A DNA stretch of 56,673 nucleotides from Blastocatellia bacterium (GTDB taxonomy: Bacteria > Acidobacteriota > Blastocatellia > RBC074). The notes beneath the pieces are model-generated. The model was not told the DNA's origin, did no database searches, and saw only the letters and a program-made list of their open reading frames with translations. The stretch lies in the NCBI GenBank assembly GCA_043775925.1, contig JAYVRW010000281.1, positions 1 through 56,673 of the forward strand. Direction: 5' to 3'. The stretch's first letter is position 1, and every line of letters starts with the position of its first letter. A program made the position numbers and the translations under genes. Below, piece after piece: positions 9,365 to 19,751 of this stretch.

Positions 9365-11334
9365 ATGAAGCGAAGTCTCGCCACGATAGCCATCACGTTC
9401 GGAATTATTGTGAGTTGTTTCTTACCAGGGACACATCATTCAACCCGTGCGAAAGCCGCATTTCAGGCAGGCAGTTGGGTTCCTACGGGAGGCTTGGGAC
9501 TAATAAGTTTTTACATACTGCTACTTTATTACAAGATGGTAGAGTCTTAGTTGCAGGCGGAAGTTCAGTCGCAGGAGCCAATAGCGCCGAGATCTATAAT
9601 CCGGCGACAGGGCAATGGACTCCAACCGGAAGTATGAATTTTGCGCGAGCTTCATTTGCTGCCACGCTGTTACCAAATGGAAAAGTACTCGTGTCTGGCG
9701 GTGGGGATAGTACGGGAGTCCTTCAAAATTCAGAATTATACGATCCGGCGACTGGAACCTGGACGCTCACAGGTTCGCTCCAACTTTCGATGATGAACCA
9801 TTTTTCCCTGTTGTTACCGAACGGGAAAGTGTTAATAGCTGGATTTAACCAGCCAGAGATATATGATCCAGCGACAGGAATGTGGACACTGACAGGCAAT
9901 CAAAATGTTGTCAGAATAGGCGCTAAGGGATTTCTTTTATCAAACGGGAAAGTCTTAATGGCAGGAGGGTTTGATAATATTGGTAATGCGATTGGCAGCG
10001 CTGAGCTATATGATCCTGCGACTGGCATCTGGACAGTTACAGGGAGTATGAATCAAGCGCGTGGGGATTTTGACGGAAGTCTGCTACCAAATGGAAAAAT
10101 GCTAGTGGCAGGTGGCAAGTCTTCCAATACCTCGACTCCTCTCAATACCGCTGAGTTGTATGACCCGGCAACGGGAATGTGGATTAATACTGGGAATATG
10201 AATTCAATTCGCAGCCTGTTCAGGCTCACGTCTCTTCCGAACGGGAAACTGCTTGCTTCTGCGGGGAACGACGGCACCGCTTTTTTATCGAATACCAGCG
10301 AGGTTTATAACCCAACAACAGGAGTTTGGCTGCTGACGGGAAATATGAATGTTCATCGTCAAGCCCACACCGCAACTTTATTGCCAAATGGTAAAGTGCT
10401 GGTGGCGGGAACGGGAACAATCACTGCCGAATTATTTGATTCTGCCGCAACCTGTAGTCCTGTCCTCATTTCACAAATTTCATTGCCAAATGCAGCGGTC
10501 GGCGCTGCGTACAATCAAACGCTCACGCAAAGCGGAATCATCGTAGTGCCAGTGTGGAGCATCAGCGCAGGAGCTTTGCCGAATGGTATTACACTTGATC
10601 CAGCGATGGGGATTTTGTCTGGCACTCCGACGGCTGGCGGAACCTATAACTTTACCGTGCGAGCGACAGGCGGAAATTGTTTTGGAGAGCAGAACTATTC
10701 ACTGATTGTGGATAAAGTCGCATCTTCGACACAAATGACGCAAACCAAAGCCACAGCCATCGGACAATCTGTGTCCTATAGCGCAAGCGTAAGTTCGACT
10801 GCGACAGGAATACCTACAGCGACAGGAACTGTCCAGTTCAAACTGGATAACGTGGCGATTGGAAGCCCGATAACTTTGGTGAATGGGCAAGCTACTCTGA
10901 CGCAAGTGGCTCCAGCGATTGGGAGTCATACCGTCATCGCCTTTTACAGTGGCGACAGTAATTATCTGGCGAGCAATGGCATTATGAAGGGTGGTATCTA
11001 TAGCTTCCAGTACTCAGTGCAGAATGCAACCAATGGAGATTCTATTCTATTTAATGCAACTGCCGGAGTGATTGGCGGATATTTTGCCAGCCAGTGCGGG
11101 CTGATAACCTTTCCGCCCAAGACGACCTTTACAGGGTCTGGTACAGGGACGATAGCCATTACAGGCTGTACGACAAAATTGACCTATGTGACCACTGCCA
11201 CGACCACCGCCACGATTGTTGTGACACTGAATACCTGTACGCACGTAGCCACTTCCACAAAGTCAGCAGGTGGAACGACAACGACGTTCATCAATGATGC
11301 CAATACGACAAATAATACGGCTCCCTGTTTCTAG
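9365..11334 (+). pseudogene. Frameshifted secreted Kelch-repeat beta-propeller with putative Ig and Big_3-like domains
   Basis: ORF 9365-9550 has SD, signal peptide and first blade start (AGSWVPTGGLG); the next frame continues TNKFLHTATLLQDGRVLVAGG; one-base shift near 9496-9499; about 7 W-x-x-TG blades; LPNGITLDPAMGILSGTPT Ig motif; YSGDSNY. Confidence 0.8.
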
Positions 11335-11340
11335 TGATGT

Positions 11341-11372
11341 ATGGAGTGCGGTGTTGCGCCACCGCACTCCAT
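11341..11372. repeat. Short palindromic element, possible terminator
   Basis: ATGGAGTGCGGTG-ttgcgc-CACCGCACTCCAT, perfect 13-bp stem after the Kelch gene stop. Confidence 0.8.
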
Positions 11373-11766
11373 GGTAAAACCTGCGTCCTGTTTTTTTGAA
11401 TACCCCACTCATTTGTAGCAACATATTTTTTGCTACTTATCAAAAATAATCACGTAGGCCAGAGTGAAAAAACTTTTTGCACTTTATTTGTTTGTGTCCT
11501 GATTCTGGGAACGTGCTTGCAATTCGGCAAACGTGTCGAGGTGCAGGATAATTGCCCGACGATTCCACCGGGAACGTGGGGCAATCCAAACACTCGTCCG
11601 ACTGGACAGGTGTTTGTGGAATAATAGTTCAGTCAGATTCCTTGTCATTTAATCCGTGGAAATCCGGCTGATCTGCTTCATCTGCGTTCTATTCTGTTTT
11701 ACTCAGCCTTCACCTGTGATTTAATCAGACAGCCCTCATATAAAATTTCACATCTAAAATTGCGTC

Positions 11767-14127
11767 ATGAAAAATCTGATTACTATTTTTTGTTTATTAT
11801 TAAGTTTGAGTTGTCTCACTGCGTGTCAGGCACAAGTACCGATCTCTGCACAGCGACATAGCGAATTACGCGCCGCTTTGGATCGTAATGATCTCACCTC
11901 TGCTGAAAAAATCCTGCGCGAATTCCAGAGCAAAAGTGCGCCAAGCTTCACGAAAAATAATTACGATTATTTGTTAGCGCGGGTTTTGGATCGCAAAGGT
12001 AATGCCAAAGATGCCGCTCCGGTGTATCAAAGAGTAATTTCACGCAATGCAATTTTTTCTGGCTACGCACTTGGACATTTAGCTGAACTTGCCAGAGATG
12101 CCAAAGATTTCAAAGGCGAGCAAAGTTATTTATCACAACTACTGGGAAAATTCCCCTCGCAACTGAACGCTGAAGCGGCGCGAAAACGATTAGGAACTAG
12201 CCATTTTCAAAATGGAAACTTTGCTGCCGCGATTTCTACGCTGCAACCAATCAGCGGATTATCCAGTTCGTTAGCGCGTGAAAGCACGGCGCGAATCGGC
12301 GAAGCGCAGTTAGGCCTGAAGCAGCATTCTGTCGCACGTTCGACGTTTGAATCGTTGCTGAATGGCGGCAAAGATGATGCTTCATTACGCGCAATTATTG
12401 GCCTGGATAAAATTGATGCCGAAGCGAAAACGCAGATTACGGAACTCGAACATTTGCGCCGCGCCCGCACTCTGCAATTCAATCGTGCCTTCGCCGAAGC
12501 CCGTCCCCATTGGCTCGCGGTTATCAACGATACTCCTGCCAGCCCCAATCGTGCCGAAGCCGCGTATGAAACCGGACGCGGTTTTCAGTGGGAAGATAAA
12601 TTTCGTGATGCCGCGAAATATTTTCAAATGGCATACGACATTGCGCCGCGTTCAGAAGAAGGCGAGCAGGGATTTTATTACGTCGGGCATTGCTATCAAT
12701 ATTTGAATGAAGCCGACAAAGCCGTAGCGCGTTACAGTGAATTCATTCAGCTTTTTCCGCGCAGCAAATTTTTCGGCTACGCCTATCTCAACGCAATTGA
12801 TTCTTTCCGCGCCGTCGGCAAAACAAGCGAAGCGTTGGATTGGGCACGGCGGGCGCAATCCGAATCTCGTGACCCGTTTATTCAGGTCACTGGATTATTT
12901 CAGCAGGCACGCATTCATCTTTCGCAAAATGATTTTAGCTCGGCGTTGGCTGACCTGACTGCGCTGCGGATGCGCAATCTGGGAGCGCGTGGACTGGTCG
13001 CTGGAACCAATGTCACCGAAGTGAATTTCCTCCGTGCCTATTGCCTGGAACAGCTTGGACGCTTTGACGAAGCCATCAACGAATACCTGAATTTTACTGA
13101 AGGTCGCAACGGAGCTACCGGATATTACGGACAAAGAGCGACGGCGCGATTGCGTGAACTGGCAGGCAATCAACGCGCCAATCGAATCGTCGCGACAAAG
13201 CTCGTCGGCTTCATCACTGCCGCCCGCGAAGCTAATAAATCAGGTGTTGCGCTCACCGCCAAAGCCGCTGCAAATCAGGCGCTGCGATTAGTTTCAGATA
13301 ACGCGACGCAAACTGAAATGCTGAATATTTTACGAACGTCTTACGCAAAATTACCGGGTTACGGACGCATTCCAGTGTACACATTGACGCCAGCCGGACG
13401 CCTGAATCCGCTCAGCGATCTGGAACCTGCCGCAACCGGAAACGATTCACGAACGCTCGCCAATGAATTTTTATTTTTGGGATTGTACGACGAAGGCGCA
13501 CCCGTTTTAGCCGCTTCAGGAATGGTCACGGATGCGTATTCGCTCGCCGTTTATTTCGAGCGTGGAGACAGCGCTGCACGCGCTTTAAATTTCATCGAAG
13601 GGCAATTCAACGGCATTCCCGACGATTACCGACCGGAGCTGATGCCACGCGCTACGGCAGAATTGTTGTATCCAAATCCATACCACGACGCGATGCAAAA
13701 ACACGCAGTCTCGCGCAACGTGAATCCATATTTTGTGCTGTCAATTGCGCGACAGGAAAGCCGCTTTGACGCAAAAGTGAAGAGCTTCGCCGCTGCGCGT
13801 GGCTTGTTGCAATTCATCACTTCGACTTCATCGGAGATTTCGAAACAATTGAACCTCAACGATTTTGAGCAGGACGATTTATACAATCCGAATCAGGCGA
13901 TTTTGATTGGTTCGCAGTACATAAAAAATCTTTTCGATGAACTGAAACATCCCGCCAACGTAGCCGCCGCCTACAACGGCAGCGAACAATCCGTCCGCCG
14001 CTGGGTCGCCCGCAGCAAATCCACCGACGTAGACCGCCACGTCATCGAAGTCGGCAAACGCGAAACGAAAGATTATGTGTATAAAGTGATGAATAATTTG
14101 TGGGCGTATCAGGCGTTGTATCGGTAG
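11767..14127 (+). CDS. TPR-repeat soluble lytic transglycosylase (Slt-like), probable lipoprotein
   Basis: Signal with SCLTAC; TPR helices; SLT motifs IARQESRF (catalytic Glu), ARGLLQF, AAAYNG, ETKDYV. Confidence 0.92.
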   Translation: MKNLITIFCLLLSLSCLTACQAQVPISAQRHSELRAALDRNDLTSAEKILREFQSKSAPSFTKNNYDYLLARVLDRKGNAKDAAPVYQRVISRNAIFSGYALGHLAELARDAKDFKGEQSYLSQLLGKFPSQLNAEAARKRLGTSHFQNGNFAAAISTLQPISGLSSSLARESTARIGEAQLGLKQHSVARSTFESLLNGGKDDASLRAIIGLDKIDAEAKTQITELEHLRRARTLQFNRAFAEARPHWLAVINDTPASPNRAEAAYETGRGFQWEDKFRDAAKYFQMAYDIAPRSEEGEQGFYYVGHCYQYLNEADKAVARYSEFIQLFPRSKFFGYAYLNAIDSFRAVGKTSEALDWARRAQSESRDPFIQVTGLFQQARIHLSQNDFSSALADLTALRMRNLGARGLVAGTNVTEVNFLRAYCLEQLGRFDEAINEYLNFTEGRNGATGYYGQRATARLRELAGNQRANRIVATKLVGFITAAREANKSGVALTAKAAANQALRLVSDNATQTEMLNILRTSYAKLPGYGRIPVYTLTPAGRLNPLSDLEPAATGNDSRTLANEFLFLGLYDEGAPVLAASGMVTDAYSLAVYFERGDSAARALNFIEGQFNGIPDDYRPELMPRATAELLYPNPYHDAMQKHAVSRNVNPYFVLSIARQESRFDAKVKSFAAARGLLQFITSTSSEISKQLNLNDFEQDDLYNPNQAILIGSQYIKNLFDELKHPANVAAAYNGSEQSVRRWVARSKSTDVDRHVIEVGKRETKDYVYKVMNNLWAYQALYR

Positions 14128-14144
14128 GCTGGGAACGCAACCCT

Positions 14145-14293
14145 GGGAGCGCAAGCAGCCTGCCTGCGAAGCGGCGAGCGCAGCAATGCCGCGCACCTCG
14201 CACAGGAATAACTTATCTTTGCAGCCAATTTTCTCACACGAGAAAAAAAGCGGCGTTACACGCGCTTTTTGCAGGCAGGCTGCCTGCGCTCCC
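14145..14293. repeat. Intergenic palindromic element (GGAGCGCA family)
   Basis: GGGAGCGCAAGCAGCCTGCCTGC vs GCAGGCAGGCTGCCTGCGCTCCC, 22/23; related to 33519-33616. Confidence 0.88.
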
Positions 14294-14324
14294 GAGTTTA
14301 TACAGTTTTTAGGGTATGGTTTTT

Positions 14325-14761
14325 ATGGAGAAAAAAGTATATGAAATTTTAGTCTTGCTGCTGAATGCCGCCGAAGATGTACCGTATGACCTCCAACGTT
14401 TGGCGCATACCTGCTGGTCAATGATAACGGACAAAATCTCAAAAAACTGTCCCCTGAAATCATCGCGCAGGCGTGCCAAATGTTGATTGAGCAAAATAAT
14501 CCGTTGTACACGATGACGTGGAATCAACTGACCTCCAATCAACAAAACACCCTGTTGCAAATTCGCCCTGAACAGGGAACCGGATTGACGACGAAACGAG
14601 TCTCAAAGCAAACCGGAACCGCTACGACGACGATTCAAAAGACGCTGGATGCGTTACGCGACAAAGGAATTTTATTTACCGAAGAGCAACCAGGTAGAGT
14701 CAAATGGCGCTTTGAAGACCCGTTTTTCGGGATGTGGATTCATTACATCTCGACGGGGTAG
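14325..14761 (+). pseudogene. Frameshifted C-terminal relic of an AAA-type ATPase with winged helix
   Basis: One frame gives AEDVPYDLQRLAHTCW; the other continues LKKLSPEIIAQACQMLIEQ...WNQLTSNQQ...LRDKGIL...FEDPFFGMWI; shift between about 14415 and 14446; no Walker A region. Confidence 0.65.
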
Positions 14762-14770
14762 GTTTGTACC

Positions 14771-16423
14771 TCATTGATTTTCAAATTTGATGACCATCGT
14801 AACTCGTTGTTCATTTTTGTCGGAAATATGAACACGCTGTCGAACGGTTGGAAACTTGGGTAAGGTTTTTGAACCGCAAAACATAATGTATTCGGGGTCG
14901 GCAATTAGTTCATAGTCACCCATAGGTAGTTGGTCAAAGAAAAAACGACCTTGTTTGTCTATTTCAGCAACAGCCCCGTTATATCCAGTATTTCCAGGCG
15001 GACGCCCTAGCCGTTCCGCAACAATGTTATAGCAAATTCCGTCAGGTTTCGTGCCTTCGAAAATGGCTTGACCTTTAATGGTTCCTTTACCGTCAGTCAA
15101 CACGATATTCAAACCTGCCAGATTCTCTCCAGCTTTTAATTGTGGAGTTTCTTCGAACACAATTCCGTTTTTTTCAAGGCGAAGGAGCGTGTATCTTTCG
15201 TCTGGGTCAGTTAAGTGAAATCTGACATCAGCAGGAAATAGTCCTTTTATTTCATAGCTCCCGTTGCGCTGTATTGTCGCCTGACTTGGACGATATGATC
15301 TAGAGATCGGACGACTTGAGGCACTGGCACTGAGAGTTAGTCGGGAGAGGTCGTTGGTTTCTTTGTTGCCCTCAACGATGATTTGCCCTCGGATCGTTAA
15401 GCCAGTATTTAATTTAAGTTCAAGCTCCTCAACATCAGAGTTTGCGACCTCGACCAACAATTGATCGCTATGTTTACCTTCATCGTATAAGTCAGCGGCA
15501 ATCGAATACTTACCCGCAACTACTTCTTGAAATGTAAACTTCCCCAGCTCATCTGACTGAACAGAGTCGAATGCAAGATTTTCTGAAACCGTTCGATCTG
15601 TTGAAGTTTTTAACACATATCTGGTGTAGTTGACGGTTACATTTGAAGCAGGTTTCTTTGTCTCCGAATCAATGACAACTCCCGATAGTATCAAGGTAGA
15701 ATTTCTTTCGCTTGGCGGAAAAGTAATATCGACATCGTTGCTTTCCGCTCCTTCGACGATTTCGATCATCACAGCTTTTGCAGCATCTTTGGTGGATGGG
15801 TGAAAAATTTCAGGTGCCTGATGATTTGTTTGAAGTGGTATGGCACTGACACGATATTGACCTGGAGGAATTCCGTAAATCCGATAGATGCCCCGATCAT
15901 CAGTTTGACGTACCGATTGATTTCGTAATGGAGCAGTAGAAGTGAATGTTATGCCTTCCCTTTCGTTCACTCCAGTTAAAGTGATGTGTGCTTCGATGGC
16001 GGGTTTACCTGTGGAGTCTTTGACTATTCCCGTAATTACCCCGCCCCTTGTAAGCGTGAAATCAATATTGCTGATGGCGCCGCCATTTTCGATGACAACT
16101 GTTGGTCCTCCTCTGTAGTAATTTGTGTTTGGGGAGGTCATGGCAAATTGGTTGGTGGAAGCAATTTCAACGGTATAACTGCCATCCGCAAGGGAGTTAA
16201 AAATATATTCACCATCCTGATTTGTCAGAACAGTTTGAGTTTCAGAGGAGTGCGAGCTTGAAGTGTCTCGTCGAAGACCAACGACTATTCGATTGATACC
16301 TTTTCCATTTAGTGTCACATGTCCTGAAACTGAGCTGCTGGCTGATTGAGTCTGAGCAAAAGAGTTCAAGCTTGTGATGTGCAATACAAATAACAATAAA
16401 AAACAAGCTGAGATTATTTTCAT
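14771..16423 (-). CDS. Secreted carboxypeptidase-regulatory-like (prealbumin-fold) repeat protein
   Basis: Signal ending SFAQ; repeated beta-sandwich motifs TNQDGEYIFNSLADGSYTV, TDDRGIYRIYGIPPGQYRV, SDELGKFTF, IDKQGRFFFDQLPMGDYEL. Confidence 0.85.
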   Translation of the reverse strand: MKIISACFLLLFVLHITSLNSFAQTQSASSSVSGHVTLNGKGINRIVVGLRRDTSSSHSSETQTVLTNQDGEYIFNSLADGSYTVEIASTNQFAMTSPNTNYYRGGPTVVIENGGAISNIDFTLTRGGVITGIVKDSTGKPAIEAHITLTGVNEREGITFTSTAPLRNQSVRQTDDRGIYRIYGIPPGQYRVSAIPLQTNHQAPEIFHPSTKDAAKAVMIEIVEGAESNDVDITFPPSERNSTLILSGVVIDSETKKPASNVTVNYTRYVLKTSTDRTVSENLAFDSVQSDELGKFTFQEVVAGKYSIAADLYDEGKHSDQLLVEVANSDVEELELKLNTGLTIRGQIIVEGNKETNDLSRLTLSASASSRPISRSYRPSQATIQRNGSYEIKGLFPADVRFHLTDPDERYTLLRLEKNGIVFEETPQLKAGENLAGLNIVLTDGKGTIKGQAIFEGTKPDGICYNIVAERLGRPPGNTGYNGAVAEIDKQGRFFFDQLPMGDYELIADPEYIMFCGSKTLPKFPTVRQRVHISDKNEQRVTMVIKFENQ

Positions 16424-16596
16424 TATTTCTCTCTTACAGGTACTGTTGAGGAAATAGGGTTTAATAGTTAAATTAAGAAATCCTTGTTAATTCACCAAAC
16501 CCAAGTCTGCTCCGCTTCAATTCCTCTGTCAAATAATTCTGTACTCAAATTGTGAGTGTAGGGTTTGGTTGATTTTATCTTATGCGAATTTCTTAT

Positions 16597-16655
16597 TTTT
16601 GCCGTTCAAGAATGATGATTTCGTTTTCGACTTCGGAGCAAACGACGCTGACATC
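16597..16655 (-). repeat. Direct repeat of the PP2C gene 3' end (distal copy)
   Basis: 56/59 identical to 18276-18334 including a 44-nt perfect core; reads DVSVVCSEVENEIIILERQK* on minus vs DVGVACSEVENEIIILERQN*. Confidence 0.92.
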
Positions 16656-16768
16656 ATTGCGTTAGATTGGAAGGTAAAGCACTCTTCGTATTAATTTCCA
16701 CTAAAAAATAAAAGCCATTGATAGAATTCAAATTCCATCAATGGCTTTTGGGTCATCCGCAGTTTTGC

Positions 16769-17713
16769 TTACTGTTGCGATAAATTCACATTGCAAGTAT
16801 CCCCAGCCGTTGAATGCTTGAGGTTGCGTTGAATCAAATAATTCCGTAGTCCAAGTGTCACATTGTATTTTGCGCCACTTAGCAAGGTCTGAATATTTTG
16901 TCCGAACGTCCAGGCGCATTTGTCTGCATTTTCGGCTCCACCACTATCGGCCCATCCGCTACGAGGATCAGGATCAGTGGTAGCTTCTTCCAATTCGTGA
17001 GCAATGATTGAGACCATCGCATCTACGCCAGCGTTACTGTTCGGGCTAATGGTTTGTGCGGAACATGCAGATAAGCAGCGATTCGCATTGCCGACAAACG
17101 AATACCGTAGTCTTTGCGGGCCAGTCTGATACAGTGTGGATGTATGCCATCCACAATATTGTGTACAAAAACCGGATGAAGCCGTGACATCAGACGAGGT
17201 CAACAGAAAATAAACGCCATCGGGATTGAAAGGGACTCCACCGCTACTAATCGCCGTATTAATAATTTTCAGGATGTCTGCATCCCTCAAGCGTGTGCCT
17301 TTGGTGTATCCGACGCTGGTTTCTCCGCCAAAGAGAACACTGCCTGAGATCGGAAAGCTGGAAGTACCGTAAGTTGTATTAATCATGAAATGCGGCGAGC
17401 TGCCGATTGAATTTCCAAAGTCACGTAGAATTTGCTGTCCGGTTGCATTATCTGAGCCATTGGTTTGTGCCCAGTTGCCGTACCAGATGTAGTACATGAC
17501 AGGTGTATTAATGAGCGGGCCGTTATGGTAAGTAATCGGCGGAGTTACTGTTCCGGTCGAACCTGCCGTGACAGCCGCAGCATCATGGGGGTTCTTTCTA
17601 TGCGAAATAATTTCAGGTCCGCCTTGACCTTGTCCTTGTGCGAGTCCCGTCGTGTGAACCGTTAGTAAAACGAATAGCGACAGCGCAAGCAGTGAAATCA
17701 ATGATCTTTTCAT
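16769..17713 (-). CDS. Secreted Phosphate-induced protein 1 / EXORDIUM-like (Phi_1) protein
   Basis: ITYHNGP..YYIWYGNW, SGFCTQYCGWH, PNSNAGVDAMVSIIAHELEEATTDP, ENADKCAW; start set at MKRSLISLL (17713), which gives a clean signal peptide (track start 17785). Confidence 0.8.
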   Translation of the reverse strand: MKRSLISLLALSLFVLLTVHTTGLAQGQGQGGPEIISHRKNPHDAAAVTAGSTGTVTPPITYHNGPLINTPVMYYIWYGNWAQTNGSDNATGQQILRDFGNSIGSSPHFMINTTYGTSSFPISGSVLFGGETSVGYTKGTRLRDADILKIINTAISSGGVPFNPDGVYFLLTSSDVTASSGFCTQYCGWHTSTLYQTGPQRLRYSFVGNANRCLSACSAQTISPNSNAGVDAMVSIIAHELEEATTDPDPRSGWADSGGAENADKCAWTFGQNIQTLLSGAKYNVTLGLRNYLIQRNLKHSTAGDTCNVNLSQQ

Positions 17714-18271
17714 TTGAAATGCCTTTCTTTGGTTTTGCAAATTGCACGAAATAGCGGCAATCATAAGTAGGTTGAGCGGGTTCATATAATCACAGCCCTT
17801 CGTGACAGGTTATTTGATAGTGGTAGCGGAGATAGCTACCAGCGGTAGAGTTCGAGTTAATTTGTAAGGAGTTACGCCGTCTCTAAAGAGTTGTAACTCC
17901 GAAAGTAAAAATATCGTCGTTGAATCTTTGTCCTGTCTGAATTGTGGAGTAATGCCAAAATGTAAGGCTTCAAAAGCATCTACAAGATCGTCTAAAGAAC
18001 CTTAGGCAAAAAACTCGAAAAAACAAATAAGATGAAGAGAGAATATAGGGCGATCAATCTGTGATGAATTGGTAGAAAATTAGTTGATCAAAGATAAATA
18101 TAATCTACAGAATAGTTTCTGGCAAGATTAGCAACAGCAATATAACAATAAATTATTTTTATTACACTTTGTGGTTAACGAAGTGATTTTTTGCGTAGTC
18201 CCGGAGCATGCATTTTTGTTTCTTCGGTTGCCTGCTCAAAATTTTCGAAGTCGAGGGCTATATTTTTAGAA

Positions 18272-19660
18272 TCAATTTTGCCGTTCAAGAATGATGATTT
18301 CGTTTTCGACTTCGGAGCAGGCGACGCCGACATCGTGGTATTTGGTCGGGTCAGTAGCGGAGGCTTCGACGAGGCGTTTGGTGAGAATGTCGAGCATTTC
18401 TAATGTGGCAGTTGGTTGTTCAGGTTTTTGGCGGAGGGCTGCGATGCGGGCTTGTAATCCGGCGATATTCGTATTGTTTTCGGTTTGTAATTTGTTCTGC
18501 AAAATCGCACGACCTGGGACGTTGGATTTGTTGAGATAAATGACGCCGAAACTGGCAAGTAAAACGATGATTCCGAAGCCGATGATGAGTTTGCGCCCGT
18601 CAATGACTGGTTTAAGATGTTCTGGTTGTAGTGGGGGAGGAAGTTTAAACGGAATTTCTGGTGAATCTTCAAGCGGTTCTGGCGATAGATCTAATTCGTT
18701 ATCGGCAAAATTCTGCGGCGGAGAATCTCCAATTTCTTCCAGCAAAAAATCTACCGGAGTTGAAGGGCTGCGCTCAATCACGGCAGCTTCGACCGGAGCT
18801 TCACCAACTGGTAATTTTTGTTCGCCTGTGACTTTAATCAGAACAGTGGTGATGTTGTCTTCACCGCCGCGATCATTGGCTAAATCCGTCAAGTCCTGAC
18901 AAATGGCTTCGACACTTTTCGACTGCTTAATGATTTGAATCATTTCCTCAGCGGTCATCTTCCCTGAAAGTCCATCGCTGCACAATAGGATGAAATCGCC
19001 TTCGCATAAATCAAAGCTGTTGACGACGACATCAACTTCACTGACTGCGCCGAGCGCCTGCAAAATAATGTTGCGGCGCGGATGAATGGCGGCTTCCTCC
19101 TCGGTGATTTCACCCATATCAACCAATTGCTGGACGACGGATTGATCTCTGGTAATAAGCTGAATCGTGTCATTGCGGATCAGATAGGCGCGGCTGTCTC
19201 CGACCTGCGCGAAAAATATCTGATGATCCTGAAGGGCTGCGGCGGTGAAGGTCGCGCCCATGCCACGACAGGCGGGATTGGTGTGGCTCTCACGGTAAAT
19301 TGCCGTGTTGGCTTGCTCAATACTGACTCGTAATTGTTCTGCCAATGGAAGCTGCGCGTACTCTTCGTGATCTTTGAGCTGGGGCAGCACATCACTCACG
19401 ATGTCTACCGCCATGCGCGAAGCCACTTCGCCTGCGAGCGCTCCGCCCATGCCGTCCGAAACCGCGAACACGATGGGGGTCGAGCCAAGTTCTATTACTT
19501 GCGCTTCAGTTGTTTCGTGGGTGACTTCGCCTTCGATCCGCGAACGGGATTCATCGGCTTCGAGATCGGCGACGAGGAAGTTATCTTCGTTGCCCTGGCG
19601 CACTTTGCCGATGTCGGTCATGGCGCAGAAGGTGAGTTGAATGGAGTCTGGGGCGTTCAT
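18272..19660 (-). CDS. PP2C/PPM-family Ser/Thr phosphatase with C-terminal TM helix
   Basis: TDIGKVRQGNEDNF, AVSDGMGGALAGEVAS, AQVGDSRAY, LLCSDGL, RGGEDNIT; acidic Pro-rich linker; TM LIIGFGIIVLLASFGVIYL. Confidence 0.95.
   Translation of the reverse strand: MNAPDSIQLTFCAMTDIGKVRQGNEDNFLVADLEADESRSRIEGEVTHETTEAQVIELGSTPIVFAVSDGMGGALAGEVASRMAVDIVSDVLPQLKDHEEYAQLPLAEQLRVSIEQANTAIYRESHTNPACRGMGATFTAAALQDHQIFFAQVGDSRAYLIRNDTIQLITRDQSVVQQLVDMGEITEEEAAIHPRRNIILQALGAVSEVDVVVNSFDLCEGDFILLCSDGLSGKMTAEEMIQIIKQSKSVEAICQDLTDLANDRGGEDNITTVLIKVTGEQKLPVGEAPVEAAVIERSPSTPVDFLLEEIGDSPPQNFADNELDLSPEPLEDSPEIPFKLPPPLQPEHLKPVIDGRKLIIGFGIIVLLASFGVIYLNKSNVPGRAILQNKLQTENNTNIAGLQARIAALRQKPEQPTATLEMLDILTKRLVEASATDPTKYHDVGVACSEVENEIIILERQN
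18276..18334 (-). repeat. Direct repeat of the PP2C gene 3' end (in-gene copy)
   Basis: Matches 16597-16655. Confidence 0.92.
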
Positions 19661-19751
19661 TTATTTATTTTTGAGCTGGTATTGCAGAAACACGCACGCA
19701 GTAAGTGTGTGAATTTCGCCCTTACTACGTGCGGGCTTCTGCAAACAATAC

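Noticed and set aside
8491-10440. Possible CRISPR or tandem array suggested by periodic sequence
   Set aside because: Periodicity comes from the PT linker and Kelch blades; no identical repeats with unique spacers, and no cas genes
11430-11624. 64-aa ORF with a signal-peptide-like stretch
   Set aside because: TTG start, no recognisable domain; may be the N-terminal relic of a secreted protein but cannot be supported as a gene
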